DNA from: Aplysia californica
Lineage: Eukaryota
Length of the DNA: 64,000 nt
Assembly: GCF_000002075.1 (NCBI RefSeq)
Contig: NW_004798181.1
Coordinates: forward strand, 7,063-71,062
Direction of reading: 5' to 3'
Below are positions 40,030 through 52,701 of this stretch, piece by piece. The position numbers were made by a program, and so were the translations under genes. Position 1 is the stretch's first letter, and each line of letters opens with the position of its first letter. Under the pieces are notes generated by a model. The model worked only from the letters and a program-made list of their open reading frames with translations, made no database searches and had not been told where the DNA came from.

Positions 40030-41235
40030 CGGGTGGTTGGTTGGAGGGTGCCGCTGGTATAGGTCCTACTTTTTTGCTTTCCCTCTGTTGTTTCTGTCTG
40101 TCTTAAACTTTTTATCGGCACTAATATTACTAATTTATACTAAAAGATGAATCTATTATATTTGATGTTCTTCTCTTTACTCAAAGAACAAACCAGCAGT
40201 GGGTGGTTGGATGGCGCCACTTGTAGGTCCTACTTCTTTTTTTACTTTCCCTAACTCTGTTATTTCTGTTTGTCTCTCCTACTTTTTCCCTGCTCTAATT
40301 GACCATAATAGTGTCCATGCCAGTCATGTGCTTCTATCTACTCTAACAAACAAACAAGAACTGTGGAGAAAACCATTTTTTGTACAGATGATAGATTTAC
40401 CTGAGTGTTATTATCTACTTGCTTTTTCACTTTGGCTGATTTTCATCTCTAGATATGTGTCGCTGCGACTGTCTCAGTTGCTGGATCGGAAAAGTAAAAG
40501 CGACTGTCTCATTACTCTACTCATGAGTAGCTGATGAATTCCTGAATTCCTGGGGTCGCAAAGTTGTGAGATCTCTTGTGTGATTGTTGCAGTTGTAGTA
40601 TTTTGTGTGGGTTTTTTTCTTACCTTTCTTTGACCACACAGCTACTAAAGATCTGTTAGGACTGACTTGCAGAAGGGAGGAATGTCCTCAGCTTTCTTCC
40701 CATGAGCTTTTTAGATACCAGCCAGTGTGGCTTGATTTGTCTATTGTGCGGAATTGAGTAGATGTAGCCTATATGCTTAGACTCAGAGATAGAGATCAGG
40801 TGGTCGCAGGGCACCACTGCTAGTGCTAGGTCCTACTTCTTAGCTTTCCACGTGTTCTTTTTGTCAGTCTGTCTTACTTTTCCCCAGCACTAAATGATCT
40901 TTATTAAAATGTGTCGATGTGCTTTTCTGTACGGTATGTACTCAAACAAATAAACCACTGGTTTTCTGAGTGGTAGGTCCTACTTCTTAATCCTATCCTG
41001 TTGTTTCTGTCTGCCTGACTTACTTTTTCCCTGGCACTAAATCATCCAAATCCAATGACCTTTACACTGTATGTGTTTCTGTGTACTCAAACAAACAAAT
41101 CTGTGGCAGATCCTACTTCTTAACGTTCCCTGTCTGTCTTACCTTTTCCCGGCACTAGATGATCATTAAATTGATCTTGTGCGTGTACATAGTACATGTA
41201 TTGTGTCGATGTGCTCAAACAAATTTAAAGCAAAC
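40030..41235 (+). repeat. Tandem/clustered SINE-like family 3 units (GGGTGGTTGGAKGGCGCCACTGGTAGGTCCTACTTC...ACTCAAACAAAC)
   Basis: At least 5 degenerate ~150-170 bp units here. Others at ~2215-2335 (-), ~12820-12935 (-), ~38880-38970, ~49080-49280, ~51625-51725 and ~53035-53210. Confidence 0.7.
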
Positions 41236-42389
41236 AAGAGACAGGGATCCTTGCTGCTGCCCTTTGCCTTCGCAAGAATCTGTTTCACTGTCTGCATGGC
41301 ATGGTCCTCTCTACAAAGAAGGGGCATAATTAAAATCAAGTACATGTATCGTGTTTCAAGACTCTTATCCTCCTTTTTAAAAAAGCAACTGATAGTGATA
41401 GGCCTACTCTTCCAAATAGATCTAGATCTAGTTCACAGTCAATTCTTTAGACTTTACGGAAATCCTATTTTGACATCTATGCATGATGTTTGTTTTTAAT
41501 ACAGTATCTCTTGTCTTTAACTTTAAATTTGACGTACCCCGCAGATTACGAAATTAATTACTTTTGACCCAGGGACTCGAAAGTGTCGTACGAATTCTCT
41601 CTTTTTAGACTGCCAAAACTGTTGTAAGCTTACTAGTTACTAGCCTAGACAACCGTCGCAGACTTCGCTACTTCGCATCCGGTCCATTCGCCAGAGCTGT
41701 GAAAAAAAGCGTTCCTCCTGCAATTTTCTAAACTTTGATGATGAAATGTGAAGTTCTGTTGTCTTTTTATCATCACCATAGTTGTTTTTTCAGTTCCTGA
41801 TCAATTTAGTTCCACGTTGTCTTAAATAACATTTGTATGAAACCGTTTTGAATAATGTGCAATGTTGTATTTTCGGACAAGAAGTAAGTGACCAGTGGCA
41901 GTGGCACTTTCTTGAACAGTCTTCAGACCCCAGTGTGGACTGGTGTGACTGATTCAGATGATTATCGAGTAGTGCTGATGATGATTTGAAATACAATTTA
42001 GATTAGTCTAGATTTAGACTGTTTAGCAAGTTTTTGTTAGTGTCTACATTGTTGGATTTTCCTGTTGCCAACGGGCTAGGCTAGGTAGGCCTTTAACGAC
42101 TGTGTCTTTCTAAGGCAGGCAGGCTTAGGTTAGGGCTAGGGCTAGATCTAGGCCTAATCACTAGATGATCTGGGCTAATGGAATCCTTTTAAAAACTTTT
42201 TTAGAACCTTGTACTTGTACTTCAGGCTTTAGGTTTTATATTTTTTAAAATTCAGGCCTTAGACTTAATTAGTAGGCCTAGATCTACTTTCATTGTCTCT
42301 GTACTAAAACTGTCACTGGTGGTGTATAAGTATAAGTTGGAGGACAGAACTAAGACCAAGTTTAGAACAAATGTTTTAGTCTCTATTTT

Positions 42390-43209
42390 ATGTTGAATAT
42401 GAACAGAAAAAAGAAGGCAGAGACAATGTTTTCCTTGGGACATATTAATGACGGAAGTCTGATGGAAAAAGAACAATCATGTTGTGAACCTTTCTGTGCA
42501 CCAGTTATAGATGAAGACATAAAGCCTGATGTTTCTCCAGTTGTAAAACGTGAACCTGGGCTTGGTTCTTCTACATCTAGGCCAAGGTTTCATTGTACTT
42601 GTAGAAGAAATGGGACCGAAAGTGATGTAAAAGTTGACATTGGAAGCGTTGAGACCGTCGTAAAAGAAGAGTTTGGTTCTTACTCTGTGCCCAATCTTGA
42701 AGAAGAAAACGCTTCTTCTGGTGATAGCGGAAGTTTTGATGGAAAAATAAAGCATAATTTTGAAGGACCATGCAATGCTACTGATGAGGTCAGACAGACT
42801 GTTGAAAACAAATGTATTGACATCAAAATTAAAGACGAGCCTTTGTTTTTGTTTCCTGAAGAAGACATAACACCAAAAATTAAAATGAGTCCGAAAAGTG
42901 CTGATGTTGTGGAAGACGAACTCCAGTTTCCTGATCATAGTCTGGAATTAAAATTAGAAATACAGAATTATTATGTGAAGCAGGAAGTGTTGGAACAGGA
43001 GTGTGTATCCACGTTGGATCGTTCCAGTGAGGCTGGAGGAATACAACTGAAAATCTGTGATGTGAAGAGTTTGTGTGCGGAGCCGAGTTCAAACCCAGAC
43101 ACTGATGCTGTTGTGTCCACGGTCAGCGGCTCTACTTCTGATGATCCAGCTCTTTTGAAAATGAAATACGGCATCGCAAGCTCTGCTCAATGGGGCATTG
43201 AGGATCAAG
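42390..43209 (+). CDS. ZF gene B, acidic N-terminal exon
   Basis: ATG start; clear homology to the A and C exons; donor GATCAAG|gtaaaa, phase 1. Confidence 0.88.
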
Positions 43210-44242
43210 GTAAAAATACATTATATTTATATTAAATATTAAAATATTTATACGATCACATATATATATCATGTAGAATATCAAAATATTATGACTAATT
43301 ATGTAGTGTTTTGAGTTTCTGTGTGCTGTCGGCATTGCTGATCGTTCATGACATCACAGTGCAAGGAGAGAGAGAGAGAGAGTGATAATGTGTATAGCAG
43401 TTTGAATTTTGATAAAAAGATCTGTTTCCCTACAAGACACACTTTAGTCCAGACAGGGAACGCTATTTTGAATTTTAAAGGGGCAGCTTTGTTATAATTT
43501 TTCACCACTTTTAGTTTACCCAAGTGGAAGAACTTTTGACTCTAGGTTTTCATTTTACACTCAAACACGGATAACAGGACAGACGGGATCGCAAGCGAGT
43601 CCTGTTATAACCGTTATCAAGGGAAATTACCAGTACCATTGCACCTTCAGCTTACTATTATTATTATATTATATATCTTTTTCCAGTGGGCTGTTTTGCC
43701 GACACTGAGACGGAATCGATCAGTGACCCCCAACAAACTGGGCGGGGGGTTTGAAAGTTTGTGTATTGGCAAGCGGTCATAAAAACAGGCGAAATGTCCT
43801 GATTGAGACAAATATTAATTATAATTTGATGGATCGAAAGTAAGTTCATACGCTTGCATGGTCACTGTCCGAGTCTGCGCAAATTGAACCCTGTTACATA
43901 TATATATATATATATAACACAGCCAGGTTCACATTACTTACACTGTTATAATAGAGAAATAAAACGGGGGATTTGATTTATATATATATATAATATATAT
44001 ACATATAATATATATATGTTTATATCCTATATATTCAAATTCGGTGTAAATACATTTGTTTTAGATCACAAATGTATTTACACCGAATTTGAATATTTTA
44101 ACTTTTTAGCATTTTAAAGTAAACTAGTTACCAGTCGTGAAGTGAACTTTCGCAGAGGTGAACAACTTGTGTTTCGCGCGCTCATATGACCTTAGCAGTT
44201 GCGAGCGCCGTAAAACCTTATACTATAACATATATATATATA

Positions 44243-44309
<67 letters not shown>

Positions 44310-44696
44310 CTCTCTCTCTCCAAGTTCCTGTAATTACAGAGGCTGTTGTAAATGGACTAGATTTGGAAATGCAGTTTGCTTTTTTAAAAACTTTAGTTTT
44401 CTCTGCACTTGACACTTGATCTTCATCCAGGGTGTCCATGCCCTGTGTGTGTGTGTGCGCGTGCGTGTGTGTGTGTGTGTGTATCTGGGATCATTGTACT
44501 GTAAATATCTAGATTTAGAGACTAACCCAGAATGGGGAAAGGTGGAAAGTGTTTGTTCGTCCCGTATACATACACCCTGATGCAGGGTGAGAAAGGCATT
44601 GGTGATGGTACTGAATTTAAAAAACCTATGGTACATTTAAAAACAAGGAAAGGTAGATAACATACATTACAATATAATTTGTTTGTTTTTTTGCAG

Positions 44697-45865
44697 GTGG
44701 GATTCCTGACAAGCAGGCAACCTCCACACACCCAGCAACACAGCCATACCTTATGGGGGAGGATACTTTTGGGACAGGTCAAATGATTGATCAAATAGAA
44801 ATTGACTGTGTCTTGGAAGAAACCACATCTTCTTTTATCCATGACCCAGACAAGAAAGTCTTTGATCCCCACATCAGCAGAGAGTATGATAAGGAAATGT
44901 GCAGCAAAAATGTAGTGAATGATAGTTGTCGGCAGAAGCAGACAGGTTACACTTCTGAAGTAACGACGACAATGGCAAATACCAATACTATGGACGTTTG
45001 TTGCGCTCACTCTTCTAGTGTTACAGCACCTCAGCTGCACACAGAGACCCACACTGGCCAAGACAGCGCCACTCCACCTGTTGGACTTGAGTTTGTGACT
45101 GGTAGAAGAACTAGAGCTGGAGAAAAACCTTACAAATACAAATGTGAGGTTTGTGGTTCAGAGTTTTCACAGAAAGTCCAGTTGAAGGTTCACAAAAGAA
45201 CACATACTGGAGAAAAGCCTTACAATTGTGAAGTTTGTGGTGCAACGTTTTCACGGATTGGCCACTTACAGATTCACAAAAGAAGACATACTGGAGAAAA
45301 GCCTTACAAGTGTGAAGTTTGTGGTTTACAGTTTGCACAGAGTGTCCAGTTGAAGATTCACAAAAGAACACACACTGGAGAAAAGCCTTACAAGTGTGAA
45401 GTTTGTGGTTCAAGCTTTTCACGGAATGACCACTTAAAGGTTCACAAAAGAAGACATACTGGAGAAAAGCCTTACAATTGTGACGTTTGTGGTTTAAGGT
45501 TTGCACAGCGTGGCAGCTTAAGGATTCACAAAAGAACACACACAGGAGAAAAGCCTTACAATTGTGACGTTTGTGGTTTAAGGTTTGGGAATAGCAGCGC
45601 CCTGAACCGACACAAAAGAACACACACTGGAGAAAAACCTTACAAATGTGAAGTTTGTGGTTCATCGTTTGGGGATAGTTGCATCCTGAAACAACACAAA
45701 AAAATACACACAGGAGAAAAGCCCTACAAGTGTGAAGTTTGCGATAAGCGGTTTACTCAGCGTGGCAATTTAAAAATTCATGAAAGAACACATACAGGAA
45801 ACAAGTGGGAAATCTGTGGAATTGTGTTCGTGCCGATGAGTAATCAAGAGAACCATAACACATAG
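44697..45865 (+). CDS. ZF gene B, finger-array exon: spacer + 8 intact C2H2 fingers (spliced product ~662 aa)
   Basis: Acceptor tttttttgcag|GT, in frame with ORF 44753..45865; HTGEKPY linkers. Confidence 0.9.
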
Positions 45866-46185
45866 TAGGGACAGGAGAAAACCCGTACAAGTGTGAAATC
45901 TATGGAATTGTGTTCTTGCAGATGAGTAGTGTAAAGATTCACCAAAAAAAACCACACACACTGGATAAAAACCTTACAGGTGTGAAGTTTGTGGTGCTAA
46001 AGACTCACCACCGAGGAATACACGCTGGAGTGAAGCTTTGCAAGTGCGACGTTTGTGGTGCAGGATTTGCAAATGGTGACGACCTGAAATAACACAAAAG
46101 CACACACGATGGAGAAAAACTTTACAAGTACAAGTGTGAAATCAGTGAAACTACGTTCTCGTGAAAGAGCAATCTGCAGACATGT
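45866..46185 (+). pseudogene. Frameshifted relic fingers after the gene B stop
   Basis: Colinear with gene C 59340-59680 (e.g. CKCDVCGAGFANGDDLK) but with stops and indels. Confidence 0.8.
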
Positions 46186-46388
46186 GATGGTGAGATTGCG
46201 ATTTCAGGGGTTTGAGCATCAGCTCGGTCCGACATTGAGTCCTTGGAAAAGGCACTTCTTGAATTTCTTATTTCACTCTGTCTTTTCGGAGATGGGTGTT
46301 AAAATACTCGGAGGTCCCACGACTTAAACATGTTGTGTTGATGGGGGCTTAAACGTATACCATTTTACCATTTTAGATGTTTTCTGTC

Positions 46389-46520
46389 AACCCCTCCTTT
46401 ATGAACTGGGTCAGTATCTCACACTTCTCGTCTGCTAACCCTCCGTTATGAACTGGGTCAGTATCTCACACTTCTCGTCTGCTAACCCTCCTTTATGAAC
46501 TGGGTCAGTATCTCTCACTG
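46389..46520. repeat. ~47-bp tandem repeat x3
   Basis: aaccctcctttatgaactgggtcagtatctcacacttctcgtctgct. Confidence 0.8.
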
Positions 46521-47109
46521 CTGCACTCACCTGCCAGCTGGAGACGTTTTAGACCCCCCGGGGCAGTGCCACTGACTGAAGTGTCTTTAGGCCATTCCCA
46601 AAGGGGGGACATTTCTCATTCAAGCATAGTAGAATTGTAAATGGGCTGACTCATGTCACGCTCATAACTGTGCCTGATCTACAACAGGGAACTGCTGCTT
46701 TTTCTTTCCTGATCCTTACTATTGTCATTTCCTCAACTTCTTTTGTATGTTTGTCACTCTCTTGTGACCTGCTATTTCCGGGGTGCCTTGATACTTTAGT
46801 CGAAGCAGACCTTGTGCTGTTGAAGCTAGAGAGGTGAGCAGTCTAAACCTGATTTCCTGTAAAGACTTCTCTGTTGACACCCACCCCTTGGCACTCATAT
46901 GACCGTATGCAGTTGCGAGCGCCGTAAAACCCTCTCCTATTAAAAAAAAAAGGAGACGTTTTATTTCTTCCAACTTCTCAAGGGACACAGCGGCTTTCTG
47001 TATCTAGTATCACATGCAGTGTCAACAAATGCATCCATTTAATTTTTCTCCTCTCCGAGAAATTTTTGTTTTTTGCTCGAGTCTCCACAATTAATGAAAG
47101 CATCAGACA

Positions 47110-47550
47110 CTCGTCCCTGACACATCTTACCCCCTTCAGGGAGGTGAAGCCGTTCTGTATCGGATGCGACACAGATTTTACCATTAGACACATTTTGACA
47201 GAATGTCTAGACTTCGGAGAGACCCGAAGGAAATATTTTAGATGCAAAAGATTGCAAGGTCTGTTTTCCGTCGTTGATTCCAACAGAATTCTGGATTTTA
47301 TAAAAGCCATTGGCCTTTATATGGCAAGTTGCTGATGGAATTGTTAAAAAATTTTAATGTTTTTTATAAAGTTGTTTTAAATTATTTACATCAAATTTTT
47401 AGTAGGCCTATTTTAGCATTTTCATTTTGATAGAGGGGTTGAGCAGAATCGGGCTATGCAGTGTACTGTTGCAAACAGAACCAACCTTTTTTCGCGCGCT
47501 CAGGTGACCTTATGCAGTTGCGAGCGCCGTAAAACTCTTACTAAAACAAA
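47110..47550 (+). mobile_element. Nimb/I-group LINE 3' fragment
   Basis: CIGCDTDFTIRHILTEC CCHC motif. The 3'UTR ends gcgctcaggtgaccttatgcagttgcgagcgccgtaaaactcttactaaaacaaa. Confidence 0.8.
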
Positions 47551-50154
47551 TGACAGAGAGAAAGAGTGGGTGGTTGGCGGGTGCTCTGGTGTGGTTTGCT
47601 TCTTCTTTCCTATACTCTGAAACATCTATATATCGTCCTTATCTCCCCTTCTTCTTTTTTATGTTTGTTACTCTCTTGTAACGCCTCTAATCTTCTGGCG
47701 CTCATATAACCCTATGCAGTTGCAAAATCTTACTAAAACAAATGACTGAGAGAAAGAGCCTAAAGGTTAGAGTTAGAGATTATTTTGTTTCATTGTTTTC
47801 AAAGAGGTTTACTAAATGAAAAAACAACAACTTTACTACATGTAATGAAAAGACAAGACCATCAACACGAACTGTTAAATGTTAAATTAAAGCATGGAAA
47901 AAAAGCATGGCAGACAAATAGAAACACCTTGAATCATGGTAGATCTAAGCTTCTGAGAGCAATACAAAAACATGTGGCCAACACCCCCTCCCCCCCCCCC
48001 CCCCCCCCCTTCCATTTTCAAAAGTTATAGAAAAAAAAAACAAAAAGCCACTCCGGTTCGGAATAGGGCCTGCTTCGTTCTTTCCCCCGGGTGTTTCGGT
48101 TTTTCTGTCGGCCTTTTCCCCACCACTAAACTGTCCCCATCGTTTTTGCAAGAAAAAATTCTAAAATTATGCAAACTGAGCCCAAAAGATGGGAAATTTT
48201 TTGTTTCTTTTATTTTTAACAAAGAATGTTTTTTTAAGGAAAATATTCAGAAATTATGCAAAAAAATTATCAATTTTTGCTAAATTAGGCGGGGGGCATA
48301 AAACCCGGGGGACAGACTAAAGTAAATGCGGGGTTTTTTTTGTCCAAATGTGCTTCTCGTTCCCCACCAACCAAACGAATCCAAGCAAACCCATGAATTT
48401 TTGAAATTTTGTGTCCACCAAAGCAAACCCAAGACTTTTTTTATGAGAATGATTCTGACTAGTCTGGGGGGGTCCAAACATGCAGGGGGGGCGGCCCCAA
48501 AATAATGTCAAGTAAGTTTTGATGATGCGGGGTTTAGAGGGGGGGTTTCCCTGAGCTGGTTCCTTCTAAAGCCAGGGATGCCAAATGTCCTGTTTTTCCA
48601 GGGGGGGGGGGGGGGGGGGTTCATCCTTTGGAATTGCAAAGGAAAGGGGAGGGGTAAGAGTAAGAGAGAATATGTTTTTGTTTGCTCATTTTAAAAAAAA
48701 AAGCTTTACAAGGTTCGGTTTGGTTGAGATGTGATGCTCCACTCATTTTCAGGTGTTTTTTTCAAAAATCATTTGGCATCCAGGGTAAAGAAAACACCAG
48801 GGCGCTGTACAGTGATGACCAGCAATGGCATGTTTGTAAAATTGTTCCCTCTTGGTGTAATGTTGAGTATATTTGCTGACATGTTGGCCTATTCTTGGTT
48901 GTGTGTACCATTATATAAATGTAGCCTGTTTTACTAGTTTTAGTTTTAAAAAGTTACAATTATTACAATGTATGTTATGTTTGTTTGTTATTGTAATCGG
49001 AGATCAATAAATTGTTATCCGGCACATATGTATTTATTTTATTTATTAAATTTTATTTCTACTGTTTATTTAATTATAGGGTAGGTTCTACTTCTTTACT
49101 TTCTCTCTGTTGTTTCTGTGTGTCTATCCATCTTACTTTTTCTCAGCACTAATATTACTAATAAATGAACATCAGTGTGCTTCTCTTTACTCAAACAAAC
49201 AAACGGCCGGTGGTTGGAGGACGCCACTGGTGGTAGGTCCTACTTTTTTACTTTCCCTTTGTTATTTTTGTCTGTCTGTCTTTGTGGGTGGTTGGCGGGT
49301 GCTCTGGTGTGGTTTGCTCCTTCTTTCCTATCAAACATCTGTCGTCCTTATCTCCCCTCCTTCTTTTTTGTGTTTGTTACTCTCTTGTAACAGTAACACC
49401 TCTAATCTTCTGGCGCTCATAGTCATATGACCTTATTCAGTTGCGAGCGCCCTAAAACCTCTACTAAAACTAAAACTGTCTTTCTTTTTTTTTCAAGCAC
49501 TAATTAATAACACTAAATCTATTATTTTATTCGATGTGCTTCTCTTTACTCAAATATAAACAAACAAACGGTGGGTTGTTGGCTGGTGCTCTGGTGTGGT
49601 TTGCTTCCTCTTTCCTATCAAAAACGTCTATCGTCTTTATCTCCACTCCTTCTTTTTTGTGTTTGTTACTCTCTTGTAACACCTCTAATCTTCGGCACTT
49701 ATAATAACTTACAGCGGAACTCGGATTCAACGAGGTCGCTGGGCCTGACCTAAAATCTCGTTGAATCCGAGTTTTCGTTTATAGCAAACTCGAGGTTTTG
49801 TGTAGATAATTACAGGCACTGAGCAAGTAATGTATAAAGAGAAGTCACAAGTAGTGCTTGAAATGCCTGCATATTATGAGCTGGGTAAAGAGAGACCGAT
49901 TTGTTCAAATGCACACATCTGTGTCATCTTGATTGTTTACCAAAAAGCTGTGTTGCTGTGTAGAGCCTAGCATACGGCAACTTTTGATTCCATAGACGAG
50001 CGCACAATTCATTACGTCCCCCCCCCCCCCCCCTTCCATGTTTCAAAAGTTATAGCGAGATGTTGGAGAGCGCCACTCGGGTCTGGATAGGTCCTGCTTC
50101 GTTACTTTCCCTCGGTTGTTTCGGTCTTCTGTCTGACTTTTCCCCAACACTAAA

Positions 50155-50339
50155 CTGTCCCCATCGTTTTATGCAAGAAAAATTCTAAAATTATGCAAAC
50201 TGAGCCCAAAAGATGTGAAATTATTTGATTCTGTTAATTTTAACAAAGAATGATTTATTAAGGAAAATAATCAGAAATTATGCAAAAAAATTATCAAATT
50301 TTGCTAAATTATGCGGGGTGCATAAAACCACGGGGACAG
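50155..50339 (-). mobile_element. 6-bp-TSD MITE copy 4 (an error-rich duplicate lies at 48131-48315)
   Basis: actaaa-CTGTC...GACAG-actaaa. Confidence 0.85.
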
Positions 50340-51242
50340 ACTAAAGTAAATGCGGGCGTTATTTTGTCTCAATGTGCTTCTCGTTACACAACAAACAAAC
50401 GAATACAAGCAAACACATGAATTTATGAAATTATGTGTACAGCAAAGCAAACACAAGACATTTTTTATGAGAATGAGTCTGACTAGTCTGAGTGAGTACA
50501 AACATGCAGTGAGTGCAGACTCAAAATAATGTCAAGTAAGTGTTGATGATGCGGGGTTTAGATGGGGGGTGTCACTGAGCTGTGTCCTTCTAAAGACAGG
50601 GATGCCAAATGTCCTGTTTTTCCAGGNNNNNNNNNNNNNNNNNNNNNNNNNNNNNNNNNNNNNNNNNNNNNNNNNNNNNNNNNNNNNNNNNNNNNNNNNN
50701 NNNNNNNNNNNNNNNNNNNNNNNNNNNNNNNNNNNNNNNNNNNNNNNNNNNNNNNNNNNNNNNNNNNNNNNNNNNNNNNNNNNNNNNNNNNNNNNNNNNN
50801 NNNNNNNNNNNNNNNNNNNNNNNNNNNNNNNNNNNNNNNNNNNNNNNNNNNNNNNNNNNNNNNNNNNNNNNNNNNNNNNNNNNNNNNNNNNNNNNNNNNN
50901 NNNNNNNNNNNNNNNNNNNNNNNNNNNNNNNNNNNNNNNNNNNNNNNNNNNNNNNNNNNNNNNNNNNNNNNNNNNNNNNNNNNNNNNNNNNNNNNNNNNN
51001 NNNNNNNNNNNNNNNNNNNNNNNNNNNNNNNNNNNNNNNNNNNNNNNNNNNNNNNNNNNNNNNNNNNNNNNNNNNNNNNNNNNNNNNNNNNNNNNNNNNN
51101 NNNNNNNNNNNNNNNNNNNNNNNNNNNNNNNNNNNNNNNNNNNNNNNNNNNNNNNNNNNNNNNNNNNNNNNNNNNNNNNNNNNNNNNNNNNNNNNNNNNN
51201 NNNNNNNNNNNNNNNNNNNNNNNNNNNNNNNNNNNNNNNNNN

Positions 51243-51493
51243 ATGAGACTACCAGATGCAGATGCCGTGGACCAAGCTCTTCTGATGTGGTTTAAGGAAG
51301 CAAGGAGGAAATTGGTGCCAAAACCCCTGTTCGTGGGTAGGCTACTTGTGGCAAGGGAAACTACCCATGAATAAGTACAGCTGGATTAGTCCACAAATGC
51401 TTACTTTCCTTTGCATTTCTGATTTAACAGGGATCGGATATAACAGGACATTTTCTCTACTCCCACCATCCCTGTCATATCAGGTTTCCACTG
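51243..51493 (+). mobile_element. Right end of a second Tigger-like element, nested at a TA within the 49712-51556 MITE
   Basis: MRLPDADAVDQALLMWFKEAR. Right TIR cctgtcatatcaggtttccactg-TA, after which the host MITE resumes (tctcatctcgttgaatccgag, cf. 37707). Confidence 0.8.
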
Positions 51494-52097
51494 TATCTCA
51501 TCTCGTTGAATCCGAGTTCTCGTTGAACCCGAGCTTGTAAAATCCGAGTTCCACTGTGTGTGACCTTATTGTGTTGCAAGTGCTGTAAAACACGTATTAA
51601 TTTATAACTAAAAATAAACAAACAGCGGGTGGTTGGATGGCGCCACTGGCGAGTCCTACTTCTACTTCTTTCTTTACTTTCCCTTTGTTATTTCTGTCTG
51701 TCTGTCTTACTTGTTCTCAGCACTAATATGAACATTATTATTATAATACAGTCACGAGTCACAGTCAAATTCGGATAAAACAGGACAGATGGGACCGGCA
51801 GTTTTTCCCTGTTATAAGCAATTCTGTTATAACCGTTTATCAACCTCAAGGGAAACAGTCAGTAGGCCTACCATTGCACCTTCAGCTTAACTTACTTTAC
51901 TCGATTAGTCGGATTACTGCAGATCCTTTAATCTGGTAGGCTTTTTTTTGCTGACACTGAGACGGAATCGATCAGTGACCCCAACACAGTGTGTTTGAAA
52001 GTTTGTTTAGGCAAGCGATCATACAAACAGGCGAAATGTAATCCTACTTGTATTGATTGAGACAAATTTTAATAATTTGACTGATCGAAAGCAGGTT

Positions 52098-52701
52098 AAA
52101 AATAAAGTTAAAAAACTACACCTCCAGTCTGTGGGAGACTCACTGGAAGAATCAAACCAACAACAAACTACATACACAACATAAGCCCAAACTGGGTCAA
52201 AGATGGGTCCAAGAAAACCTTCTTAGGACTTCTCCAGAAGGGGCGAAGTCATTTTTACTCGATTGCGCATCGGACACACGGCCCTGACATAAATTTATAC
52301 AGTCCTTCAGCGAGATGAGAAGTCGGTCTGTGTCAGATGCGACACAGATTTTACCATTAGACACATTTTAAAAGAATGTCTAGACTTCGGGAAGGAAATA
52401 TTTTTTAGGTGCAAAAAATTGCAAGATCTTTTTTCCGTCGTTGACCCCAACAGAATTCTGGATTTCAGGCCATTGGCCTTTACGGAAAGTTGTGAAAAAC
52501 GTTAAAATTTAAGATTTTATTAAAAAAGTTATTACATTTTTTTACCACAGATTCTTTTTTTTAGCATTTTAACATTTTAATAGAAATATTAACCAAAATC
52601 ACGCTGTGCTGTGAACTGTTGCGAATAAAACCAACTCGTTTTGCGTGCTCATATGACCGTATGGAGTTACGAGCGCCGTAAAACTCTTACTGAAACAAAC
52701 A
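52098..52701 (+). mobile_element. 5'-truncated Nimb/I-group LINE
   Basis: LQSVGDSLEE..NNKLHT, SRRGEVIFTRLRIGHT, CVRCDTDFTIRHILKEC. TSD aaagcaggtt/aaagcaagtt; the empty site is seen in the related sequence at ~43836. Confidence 0.85.
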
